Positions 52,785-60,772 of a stretch of 60,772 nucleotides of DNA are shown here, piece after piece. The stretch lies in assembly GCA_049970495.1 (NCBI GenBank), contig JBMFMV010000004.1:1-60772 (forward strand), read 5' to 3'. The translations under genes were made by a program, and so were the position numbers. The notes under the pieces were generated by a model. The model made no database searches. It worked only from the letters and a program-made list of their open reading frames with translations, and had not been told where the DNA came from. The stretch comes from a bacterium (GTDB lineage Bacteria > DUMJ01). Every line of letters starts with the position of its first letter. The stretch's first letter is position 1.

Positions 52785-53951
52785 TTGAGAAACTTTGAGT
52801 TTCTAAGTCCAACCAAGATAATATTTGGTAAAGGAACAGAAGAAAGGGTGGGAGAAGAGGTTAAACAGTACGGTAAAAAGATACTCTTTCACTATGGCAA
52901 GAGAAGTATATTTATAACCGGTCTATACGATAAGATAGTAAAATCCCTAAAGGATGCGGGGGTAGAATTTATAGAGCTAGGTGGAGTTCAGCCGAACCCT
53001 AGATTGAGTTTAGTAAAAGAAGGAATAGAGATATGCAGAAAGAATAATATAGACTTTATTCTAGCGGTAGGCGGTGGTAGTGTTATAGATTCAGCAAAGG
53101 CTATTGCTGTTGGAGTTCACTATGAGGGAGATGTCTGGGACTTCTATACTGGAAAGGCAGAGCCAAAGATCGCCCTACCTATAGGGGTAGTATTAACTAT
53201 ACCTGCTGCAGGAAGCGAAGCTAGTAAGAGTTCAGTTATAACAAATGAAGACGGATGGTATAAAAGGTCTCTAAATGTAGATATAATAAGACCTAAGTTT
53301 GCAATAATGAATCCAGAGGTTACGTTTACACTTTCTCCGTATCAAACCGCATGTGGAGTAGCAGATATAATGGCTCACGTTATGGAGAGATATTTTACTA
53401 ATGAAAAAGGGGTAGACTTTACAGATAAGCTTTGCGAGGCAACACTAAAATCTGTGATAGAAAATACATTTATAGTGTTGAAAAATCCAACTGACTATGA
53501 TGCTAGGGCTCAGATAATGTGGGCTAGCACTGTTGCTCATAATGACCTTTTAAGTACAGGTAGAATTGGAGACTGGGCTTCTCATATGATAGAGCATGAA
53601 TTAAGTGGTATATACGATATACCCCATGGAGCTGGTTTAGCCATAGTATTTCCCGCCTGGATGAGGTATGTATATAAACACAATATTGAGAGATTTGCCC
53701 AATTTGCTGTAAAGGTATGGAATGTTGATCCGTGCTTTGAATCTTTAGAGAGGACTGCATTAGAGGGCATAGAAAGACTTAGAAGGTTTTTCAAAGATAT
53801 CGGACTCCCCACAACCTTACAAGAGGCAAATATAGGTGAAGATAGACTAGAAGAGATGGCTACTAAATGTACTGAAAAGGGTGAAATAGGTAACTTTGTA
53901 AAACTTAACAAAGAAGATGTATTAAATATCCTAAGGTCTATTGTAAAGTAG
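52785..53951 (+). CDS. iron-containing alcohol dehydrogenase (butanol-dehydrogenase/YqhD-like)
   Basis: PTKIIFGKG...AVGGGSVIDSAKAIA...H motifs (AHVMERYF, HMIEHELS, PHGAGLA). Confidence 0.85.
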   Translation: MRNFEFLSPTKIIFGKGTEERVGEEVKQYGKKILFHYGKRSIFITGLYDKIVKSLKDAGVEFIELGGVQPNPRLSLVKEGIEICRKNNIDFILAVGGGSVIDSAKAIAVGVHYEGDVWDFYTGKAEPKIALPIGVVLTIPAAGSEASKSSVITNEDGWYKRSLNVDIIRPKFAIMNPEVTFTLSPYQTACGVADIMAHVMERYFTNEKGVDFTDKLCEATLKSVIENTFIVLKNPTDYDARAQIMWASTVAHNDLLSTGRIGDWASHMIEHELSGIYDIPHGAGLAIVFPAWMRYVYKHNIERFAQFAVKVWNVDPCFESLERTALEGIERLRRFFKDIGLPTTLQEANIGEDRLEEMATKCTEKGEIGNFVKLNKEDVLNILRSIVK

Positions 53952-53981
53952 AAGATAGGACTATTTTACTTAAAGTGATCC

Positions 53982-54011
53982 ACCCACCTCTACAAGAGGT
54001 GGGTCTTTTTT
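53982..54011 (+). terminator. intrinsic terminator after the ADH gene
   Basis: acccacctc-tacaa-gaggtgggt, followed by cTTTTTTg. Confidence 0.8.
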
Positions 54012-54087
54012 GTCTCCTATAAAATAGCCTTTGGACGTGTTTCCCTGGCAGCGTTTCGCAAAACTTTAACGTTAACACGCAAATCTG

Positions 54088-54116
54088 TTGACAGTATAGT
54101 CATTGTATAGTATACT
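54088..54116 (+). promoter_or_regulatory. sigma-70 promoter of the GntR/ABC/GH127 operon, with an overlapping palindrome
   Basis: TTGACA (54088-54093), 17-nt spacer, TATACT (54111-54116). The palindrome GTATAgTATAC (54105-54115) and a direct GTATAGT repeat overlap the spacer and -10. Confidence 0.55.
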
Positions 54117-54126
54117 TCTCGGTAAG

Positions 54127-54852
54127 ATGGTAAGACCAGTTAATCGTATAAAGCTAACTGAGAACATAATAGAAGCTATTGTAGATTATGCCTCTTCTAA
54201 CAACCTAAAAGTAGGTGATAGGCTCCCATCAGAAAGGGAGTTAGCAGGTGAACTACGAGTCAGCCGACCCTTATTACGAGAAGCATTAAGAAAGATGGAG
54301 AGTCTAAAGCTAATAGATGTCCTACCAGGAAAGGGGATATTTATTAGGACCCCGTTAAAAAACGGAATGAGCTACATAGTCATCCATATAGACCAAGAAA
54401 AAGACAGGATATTAGAAATCCTAGAGATAAGGAGACTCTTAGAAAAATATGCAATGGAAGAGGCGATAAAAAATATAACTGAAGATGAGGTATTAGAGCT
54501 AGAAAGGTGGGTAAATCTCTTAGAAGAAAAATTGAGGAGAGGGGATGATAGTAGAGAAGAAAACTGGACATTTCACAGTATAATCTATAAAGCTAGCAGA
54601 AATAAGTTTCTTTTTGATATTCTAGATAGCCTTAAGGAGTTTCATCTTTATTGGGAAGACCCATTTAGCTGTCCTTCATTTGCCGATAAGACTTATTCTT
54701 TCCATAGAGAACTCTTTAAGAGCATAAAGGAAGAGGATATTAAAAGGGCTTATTCTGTGATAGATAAGCTGATAGAGATGATAAAGGATGAGGTAGAAAG
54801 GAATAATAATATCCCTAAAAATGGGGGGGAGAAACTATCTGTAAAATTCTAG
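54127..54852 (+). CDS. GntR-family transcriptional regulator (FadR/FCD-type C-domain)
   Basis: Winged HTH: VGDRLPSERELAGELRVSRPLLREALRKMESLKLIDVLPGKGIFI. ATG 54127 is preferred because the track start (TTG 54103) lies inside the promoter. Confidence 0.8.
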   Translation: MVRPVNRIKLTENIIEAIVDYASSNNLKVGDRLPSERELAGELRVSRPLLREALRKMESLKLIDVLPGKGIFIRTPLKNGMSYIVIHIDQEKDRILEILEIRRLLEKYAMEEAIKNITEDEVLELERWVNLLEEKLRRGDDSREENWTFHSIIYKASRNKFLFDILDSLKEFHLYWEDPFSCPSFADKTYSFHRELFKSIKEEDIKRAYSVIDKLIEMIKDEVERNNNIPKNGGEKLSVKF

Positions 54853-54867
54853 AAGGAGGGAATAGAT

Positions 54868-56232
54868 ATGCGAAGATCTATCTGGACTGTTGTTTTAAGT
54901 CTGATTTTAGTAATTGGTATAGTAGTTTCTAGTGCTAGTGCTGCGGTAGAATTAATCTATACCTACTGGGGTAGCCCGCTAGAGAGAGACGCACAGGCAA
55001 AGATGTGTAGAGATTTTGAAAAGGCATATCAAAGCATCTTTCCTGGGATTAAAGTAAAGGATATTTATATCCCATCTAACTATGATGAAAAGATAAATGC
55101 TATGGTTGCTGCTGGTGAGCCTCCTCATGTGGCACAGTTAGGAGAAGCACTCGCGCTAGAATGGGCAGAAAAGGGTATACTAATGGATATACTTCCCCTG
55201 ATAAAACAGGATAAAGACCCTTCAGTACAGATTGAAAATCGTCTCTCTATGACATGGTACTGGTATGATAAAGGGAAAAAGACCATTGGAACAAACCTAG
55301 CGGCAGAAGTTATGGTTCTTTGGTATAATAAAGAGATATTTGACAAGGCAGGAATTCCATACCCAGCTTCTAATCCAGAAGCTTGGACTTGGGAAAAATT
55401 CCTTGACACAGCCATAAAGTTAACTACAGATAGGAATGGAAGACATCCAGGAGACCCCGAATTTGATCCTAGCAACATAGATACTTTTGGGGTAGCGTTT
55501 GGTACTTGGTGGGCTCCAATACTTCCATTTATATGGTCTAACGGTGGGGACATCTGTGACCCAGAAGGAAAGCGTCCTTTAATCAATACTCCTGCTTCTG
55601 TTGAAGCCATACAAAAATTAGCAGACCTTATGCTAAAGTATCATGTAGCCCCTACACCTACTCAGATGCAGGCATTCCCTGCCCTTAGGATAGCACTACA
55701 GACCAAAAAAGTAGCAATGTACATCGACGGACAGTGGGCTCTCTTAGACTTAGGACAGATGGCAAAAGAAGGAAGAATAAAGCTTGGGGTTGCACCGCTT
55801 CCAAAGTTGAGAAAACCCGTCTGTCTAGAACTTGGAGCTCCAAACGTTATGTTTACCGCCTCCGCTCAAAAATATCTCAAAGAATCTTGGGAATTCTATA
55901 AATGGACTACTAACAGTGAAAAGGTTATATCTCTTATAAGAGGTGGCCTCTGGATGCCGCTACAAAAGTGGTATTATACTAATCCCAAGTATATGTCTCA
56001 GTGGCTAGACCCAGAGGTACATCCATCGGAGTACAAACCAGCTGTTATAGACTATCTATTAAAGTATGGGCGAAGATCTCCAAGCTATTATCTAAGAAAC
56101 TGGGGGAAGATATCAGATATTATGTATCAAGAATTAACTAATGTGTGGCTAGGGAAAGTATCTGCTAAGATAGCCTGCGACAATATAGCCAATAAGATTA
56201 AGCCTCTACTAGTTGGAAGATACGATAAGTAA
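54868..56232 (+). CDS. CUT1-type sugar ABC transporter substrate-binding protein
   Basis: Signal peptide, then a family-1 SBP pattern (ELIYTYWGSPLERDA...AAGEPPHV...). SD GGAGGG present. Confidence 0.85.
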   Translation: MRRSIWTVVLSLILVIGIVVSSASAAVELIYTYWGSPLERDAQAKMCRDFEKAYQSIFPGIKVKDIYIPSNYDEKINAMVAAGEPPHVAQLGEALALEWAEKGILMDILPLIKQDKDPSVQIENRLSMTWYWYDKGKKTIGTNLAAEVMVLWYNKEIFDKAGIPYPASNPEAWTWEKFLDTAIKLTTDRNGRHPGDPEFDPSNIDTFGVAFGTWWAPILPFIWSNGGDICDPEGKRPLINTPASVEAIQKLADLMLKYHVAPTPTQMQAFPALRIALQTKKVAMYIDGQWALLDLGQMAKEGRIKLGVAPLPKLRKPVCLELGAPNVMFTASAQKYLKESWEFYKWTTNSEKVISLIRGGLWMPLQKWYYTNPKYMSQWLDPEVHPSEYKPAVIDYLLKYGRRSPSYYLRNWGKISDIMYQELTNVWLGKVSAKIACDNIANKIKPLLVGRYDK

Positions 56233-56239
56233 GATAAAA

Positions 56240-56271
56240 GTAAGAGCCAGGAGTAATTTCCTGGCTCTTAC
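56240..56271 (+). other. strong intra-operon stem-loop after the SBP gene
   Basis: 13-bp perfect stem gtaagagccagga / tcctggctcttac with a 6-nt loop and only a weak U-tract. It could be a partial terminator or an mRNA stabiliser. Confidence 0.6.
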
Positions 56272-56297
56272 TAATTTAAAATAAGGGTGACAAAGCG

Positions 56298-57200
56298 ATG
56301 CGTAAAAAGAGGTCTCTTTACAGTAACGAAGCTAAGTGGGGAATAATTTTAGCCCTTCCTGCTATACTGGGATTTCTTATCTGGACATTGGGACCAATGA
56401 TAGCAAGTTTTGTACTAGGCTTTACAGACTGGAATGTGGTATCTACACCTCATCTTATAGGAGTTGGAAATTTTAAGAAGATGTTTGTGGAGGACTTTAT
56501 ATTTAAGAAATCCATCTATGCCACTGTATACTACTCTGTAGGAAGTGTTATAGCCTCGATTATATTTGCCTTTCTAATAGCCTTACTGTTAAACCAAAAG
56601 GTAAAGGGACTACCAATATTTAGAACCATATTCTATCTCCCATCTATTACCCCTGCAATTGCCAGTGCTATGCTCTGGATCTGGCTCTTTAATCCTGACT
56701 TTGGACTTTTAAATCAGATACTGCAGAGATTTGGTCTACCTAGACTCCTCTGGATATACGATGAAAAACAGGTTATTCCATCTTTAATATTTATGAGTAT
56801 ATGGGGTATGGGTGGTATGATGGTAATATTTCTAGCCGGATTACAGGGAGTTCCACAAGAACTTTATGAGGCAGTAGAAATAGATGGAGGAAACTGGTGG
56901 CATAGATTCAGGTATGTAACTATCCCAATGATGACCCCGACTATATTTTTTAATCTAGTTATGGCAATAATAGGAAGCTTTCAAGTCTTCACTAGTGCTT
57001 ATATAATGACCAGTGGTGGACCAAACTATGCAAGTATGTTTTACGTCTATTATATATATCTTTCCGCATTCAGATACGGTCAAATGGGATACGCCTGTGC
57101 TTTGGCTATAATATTGTTTTTGATAATCCTTTCATTCACCCTTGTAGTCTTTAAATCATCTCCTTATTGGGTCTATTATGAGAGTGCTAGGAGGAGGTAA
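56298..57200 (+). CDS. sugar ABC transporter permease (MalF-like)
   Basis: 6 TM and the EAA loop EAVEIDGGNWWHRFRYVTIP. Confidence 0.88.
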   Translation: MRKKRSLYSNEAKWGIILALPAILGFLIWTLGPMIASFVLGFTDWNVVSTPHLIGVGNFKKMFVEDFIFKKSIYATVYYSVGSVIASIIFAFLIALLLNQKVKGLPIFRTIFYLPSITPAIASAMLWIWLFNPDFGLLNQILQRFGLPRLLWIYDEKQVIPSLIFMSIWGMGGMMVIFLAGLQGVPQELYEAVEIDGGNWWHRFRYVTIPMMTPTIFFNLVMAIIGSFQVFTSAYIMTSGGPNYASMFYVYYIYLSAFRYGQMGYACALAIILFLIILSFTLVVFKSSPYWVYYESARRR

Positions 57201-57205
57201 TTATA

Positions 57206-58051
57206 ATGGCGCTTAGTAAATCTCTTTCAATAAAGATTGGCAAAACAATAACGTACATAATTTTAATTCTGGGCTCTATAGTATTTATGTTACCATTTAT
57301 ATGGCTCCTTAGAAGCTCATTTATGGAATTAGGACAGATCTTCATTCTACCTCCAGAATGGATACCTAGACCATTCAGGTGGCAGAACTATCCGGAAGCG
57401 TTAACAGCCGCACCATTTCTAACATACTTCTTAAATACGCTCAAAATCCTAATATTCAATGAATCAGGCGTAGTCCTGACATCTATCATCTGCGCCTATA
57501 GTTTTGCAAGGTTAAGATGGCCTGGCCGAGACTTAATATTTGCAGTACTATTAACATCCTTAATGCTTCCATATGCGGTTACTCTTATACCAACATTCAT
57601 ACTATGGAAGATGTTAGGTGCTCTTAATACCTTTATACCCTTGACTGTCCCAGCTTGGTTTGGCGGTGGGATGTTTTATATATTTTTATTGAGACAATTC
57701 TTCTTAACTATTCCATATGAATTAGACGAAGCTGCATATATGGATGGAGCTAGCCCTTTAAAAGTCCTTTGGAGTATTGTAGTACCCTTATCTAAACCAG
57801 CAATTATTACAGTAGCAATATTCAACTTCATAGGCGTATGGAACGATCTTTTAGGACCGATTATATATCTCAGTGACCCAGACAAGTATACCTTGGCTAT
57901 AGGCCTTTCAGTCTTCAGAAGTATGTATACTGCTCAGTGGCATTACCTTATGGCTGCTTCTGTGGTAGTCCTTGCTCCAGTAATAGTAATCTTCTTTATA
58001 GGACAGAGATATTTTATTCAAGGTATTGCATTAACAGGATTAAAGGGATAA
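57206..58051 (+). CDS. sugar ABC transporter permease (MalG-like)
   Basis: 6 TM and the EAA loop DEAAYMDGASPLKVLWSIVVPL. Confidence 0.88.
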   Translation: MALSKSLSIKIGKTITYIILILGSIVFMLPFIWLLRSSFMELGQIFILPPEWIPRPFRWQNYPEALTAAPFLTYFLNTLKILIFNESGVVLTSIICAYSFARLRWPGRDLIFAVLLTSLMLPYAVTLIPTFILWKMLGALNTFIPLTVPAWFGGGMFYIFLLRQFFLTIPYELDEAAYMDGASPLKVLWSIVVPLSKPAIITVAIFNFIGVWNDLLGPIIYLSDPDKYTLAIGLSVFRSMYTAQWHYLMAASVVVLAPVIVIFFIGQRYFIQGIALTGLKG

Positions 58052-58069
58052 ATTTCAAGGAGGATATCT

Positions 58070-59917
58070 ATGGCGTACATAATAGATACTAGTAAAAGTA
58101 AGTATGCTAAGTTACAATCTGTTTCTGTAAAATCAGTCAAGCTCACAGATAATTTTTGGGCAAGAAGAATAGAGATTATGGAGGAAGTTACACTCCCTAC
58201 CCAGTATGAAATCCTAGAAGAAACTCACAGAATAGACAATTTTAGGAGAGCATCAGGGAAGATTTCAGGCGAATTTGTTGGTTTCTTTTTCAATGATTCT
58301 GATGTATACAAATGGATAGAGGCGGTCTCTTATCTACTGGCTTATAGGAAGAATGACGCCCTAGATAAATTGGTAGATAATGTTATAGAAGAGATAAGAC
58401 TAGCTCAAGATGAAGACGGATATATAAACACATACTTCACATTTGAGAAGAAACAAGACCGTTGGACGAACCTAAAAGATATGCACGAACTCTACTGCGC
58501 AGGTCATCTCATACAGGGCGCTATTGCCCACTATAGAGCAACAGGAAAGACAAATTTTTTAAATATAGCTATAAAGCTAGCAGATTATTTAACTCGTCTC
58601 TTTGGTCCTGGAAGAAGAGAAGGAACTCCAGGTCATCCTGAAATAGAAATGGCTCTAGTGGAGTTATATAGAGAGACGAATGACAAGAAGTATCTAAATC
58701 TAGCTAAGTTCTTTATAGATGAACGAGGAAAAGGAATCATTGGTGGAAGCTCTTATCATATAGACCACAAACCATTTAGAGAGCTAGATGAAGTTGTAGG
58801 TCATGCGGTAAGATCTCTATATCTAAATAGTGGAGCTACTGATCTATACATGGAAATAGGAGACAAGACTTTACTAGAAGCTCTAGAAAGACTCTGGGAT
58901 AATCTAGTAACTAAAAAGATGTATATCACTGGTGGAGCTGGGGCAAGAAAAGAAGGGGAAGCTTTTGGAGAAAATTACGAGCTTCCAAATGAGACCGCCT
59001 ATGCAGAAACTTGTGCTAGTATAGCAAATCTTATGTGGAATTTTAGAATGCTTCTAACTCTAAGGGAAAGTAGATTTGCAGATATAATGGAACTCTGCCT
59101 CTACAATGGGATACTCTCCGGTATATCCTTAGATGGGAAAGAGTATTTCTATGTAAACCCATTAGCTGACAGAGGAAAACACAGAAGGCAGAGATGGTTT
59201 GCCTGTGCTTGCTGTCCACCTAATATAGCTAGGACTATAACTGCTATCCCTGGTTATATGTATTCTACATCTACTGATGGGGTCTGGGTTCATCTATATG
59301 CCAGTAATATCTCTGAATTCGATATCAATGGCTCTAAAGTAATGATAGAAGAAAAAACTGATTATCCCTGGAATGGACAGATAGAATTTAAGGTCTCTGG
59401 GAATACAAGTTTTAGACTATTCCTAAGAAAACCTGGTTGGGCTAAAGGATTTTCTCTTTCTGTAAATGGCAATACAGTACAAGCTATATTAGATAATGGT
59501 TATATAGTAATAGATAGAAATTGGCAGACTGGTGATACTGTAAAGTTAGAGCTTAATATAAAGCCAGAACTTATAGAGAGTAATCCAAACATAAAGGCTA
59601 ATGTTGGAAGAGTTGCAATAAGAAGAGGTCCCATTATTTACTGTGTAGAATCTGCTGATAATCCTTGGGGAGATGTATGGGATCTAGAAATCTCTAAAGA
59701 CACAAAGTTAGAAGAAGAGTATAGAGATATCTTAGGTGGAGTAGTGGTAGTAAAGGGTAAAGGATACTTAAATGATCCTAAGAACTGGGATAACCTTTAT
59801 TTAACGGTAAAAGAGGCTAAATCTCTCAAAAGAGAGGTTGAGTTTATCGCCATTCCATACTATGCCTGGGCTAATAGAGAACCAGGACCAATGGAAGTAT
59901 GGATAAAGAATATCTAA
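58070..59917 (+). CDS. glycoside hydrolase family 127 (beta-L-arabinofuranosidase-like, DUF1680)
   Basis: ~615 aa with MHELYCAGHLIQ and the Cys cluster WFACACCPPNIAR, characteristic of GH127 Cys/Zn active sites. Confidence 0.8.
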   Translation: MAYIIDTSKSKYAKLQSVSVKSVKLTDNFWARRIEIMEEVTLPTQYEILEETHRIDNFRRASGKISGEFVGFFFNDSDVYKWIEAVSYLLAYRKNDALDKLVDNVIEEIRLAQDEDGYINTYFTFEKKQDRWTNLKDMHELYCAGHLIQGAIAHYRATGKTNFLNIAIKLADYLTRLFGPGRREGTPGHPEIEMALVELYRETNDKKYLNLAKFFIDERGKGIIGGSSYHIDHKPFRELDEVVGHAVRSLYLNSGATDLYMEIGDKTLLEALERLWDNLVTKKMYITGGAGARKEGEAFGENYELPNETAYAETCASIANLMWNFRMLLTLRESRFADIMELCLYNGILSGISLDGKEYFYVNPLADRGKHRRQRWFACACCPPNIARTITAIPGYMYSTSTDGVWVHLYASNISEFDINGSKVMIEEKTDYPWNGQIEFKVSGNTSFRLFLRKPGWAKGFSLSVNGNTVQAILDNGYIVIDRNWQTGDTVKLELNIKPELIESNPNIKANVGRVAIRRGPIIYCVESADNPWGDVWDLEISKDTKLEEEYRDILGGVVVVKGKGYLNDPKNWDNLYLTVKEAKSLKREVEFIAIPYYAWANREPGPMEVWIKNI

Positions 59918-59939
59918 GGAGGAAATCGCTCCTCCTTAG
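59914..59939. terminator. hairpin between convergent GH127 and the membrane-protein gene
   Basis: ctaaggagg-aaatcgct-cctccttag overlaps the GH127 stop. There is no clear U-tract. Confidence 0.4.
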
Positions 59940-59953
59940 ATAACTAGTCTTCT

Positions 59954-60751
59954 CTATACAAAAACCAACATATAAACTCCAAGCAAAAGGAAAAGACCTG
60001 CAGTCATCAACTTTGTTAATGCTAGATTTTTAGAAACAAACCGAGATATCTTCTCTGAAGAAAACCATAAAATAGAAACTACTAATATAGCTATTAACGG
60101 AAGGATGAACATAAAGTTATAAAGTAACAGAAGTAAAAATGGCTTTATACTACTTAAAGGACTTCCTATAAGAGTAACGGTGGGTAGATATACTTGTCCT
60201 GAACATGGAAACTCTATGAAACTTGTTATAACCCCAAGTCCAAAAATCAAGAGTGGATTCTTTATTATAGATATATCTCTTATCAAGGAATGTCCGATTC
60301 TCTTTAGACCTATTGGTAACTGTAACTTAATATTTCTAGTCTTTTTATTTTTTGCACAATAAAAATCCCATAAACTAATTCCGCTAATAATGAGGGCTAA
60401 TATCCCTATAGTTATATAGAGCCAATTATATATAGATAAATATAAAGGATTTATAACAAGTTCTAATACCCCTATTCCAATAAGAAAATAGGATATAAAA
60501 ATACCAGAGATAAAACTGGAACCTGCAAAAAGCATTAATTTCTTGGGACCCCTCAGTTTGGAAAGTGAAAAGATAAAAAATATCAATAGCGAAATAGCAC
60601 AAGGGTTTATTCCATCTATTAAACCAGCCACTATCACAGTGATACCAATAAACTTTCCAAAATTATTGATAAAAAATATCTTTACCTCTTTTAAAAATCT
60701 AGATAACTTATCTTTTATAGTCTTAGGTGTCTCTTTTCGTAATTCTGACAT
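59954..60751 (-). CDS. CcdA/DsbD-like transmembrane thiol-disulfide transfer family protein
   Basis: Multi-TM, with one Cys in each of two TM helices (DGINPCAISLL and IEFPCSGQVYLP), as in the CcdA/DsbD_2 family. Confidence 0.5.
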   Translation of the reverse strand: MSELRKETPKTIKDKLSRFLKEVKIFFINNFGKFIGITVIVAGLIDGINPCAISLLIFFIFSLSKLRGPKKLMLFAGSSFISGIFISYFLIGIGVLELVINPLYLSIYNWLYITIGILALIISGISLWDFYCAKNKKTRNIKLQLPIGLKRIGHSLIRDISIIKNPLLIFGLGVITSFIEFPCSGQVYLPTVTLIGSPLSSIKPFLLLLLYNFMFILPLIAILVVSILWFSSEKISRFVSKNLALTKLMTAGLFLLLGVYMLVFV

Positions 60752-60772
60752 TAATGGAAGATAAAAGTTCTC

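Noticed and set aside
54046-54060. Sigma-54-like TGGCAgcgtttcGCa upstream of the GntR operon, with a similar TGGCAACGCTTT upstream of uidA at ~3586
   Set aside because: The GG-to-GC spacing is 11 nt rather than the required 12, and the second site lacks the GC element. No enhancer-binding protein is nearby.

Overview
Gene-dense (about 90% coding), low-GC bacterial chromosomal window. The proteins are K/E/I/Y-rich, as in thermophilic anaerobes; my unverified guess is a Dictyoglomus-like lineage. All family calls come from reading motifs by eye, with no searches run. I can support about 52 CDS, 2 tRNAs (both anticodon CAU), 1 transporter gene remnant, one in-frame 42-bp tandem repeat, several intrinsic terminators and several promoter-like elements, two of them sigma-28 type. 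I saw no rRNA, CRISPR array, transposase, integrase, prophage or recognisable defence island. Left to right: (1) a glucuronide/uronate-glycan cluster (heparinase II/III-like, family-5 SBP, GH2 beta-glucuronidase, esterase); (2) a flagellin gene with a large variable insert, flanked by a putative flagellin-glycosylation island (TPR-GT2, a 950-aa methyltransferase-methyltransferase-GT2 fusion, rfbA-rfbC-rfbB); (3) a coiled-coil/PD-(D/E)XK-like protein of unknown function heading the rfb operon; (4) a yjfB-like small gene, hflX, then a tRNA-tRNA-tilS-hpt-ftsH unit; (5) a long minus-strand run of a nine-gene V/A-type ATPase operon, rpsU, a C39-like/TPR protein, fba, ROK kinase, PGI/PMI and an orphan MalK/MsmX-type ATPase; (6) PAC2-family protein, GTP-PEPCK, bioY, MFS remnant, SDR, a LolA-like plus beta-barrel pair, and a two-subunit 2-oxoacid:ferredoxin oxidoreductase; (7) a membrane-anchored SBP-like protein, flippase-like protein, gyrB, gyrA and archease, all tightly coupled; (8) Fe-ADH and a GntR-regulated CUT1 ABC/GH127 locus, then a CcdA/DsbD-like membrane protein. 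The best candidates for something undescribed are the repeat-bearing coiled-coil/PD-(D/E)XK gene fused to the rfb/flagellin-glycosylation context, the two CAU tRNAs placed 7 nt upstream of an SD-less tilS, and the SBP-like/flippase-like/gyrBA/archease operon. None of these is proven from sequence alone.
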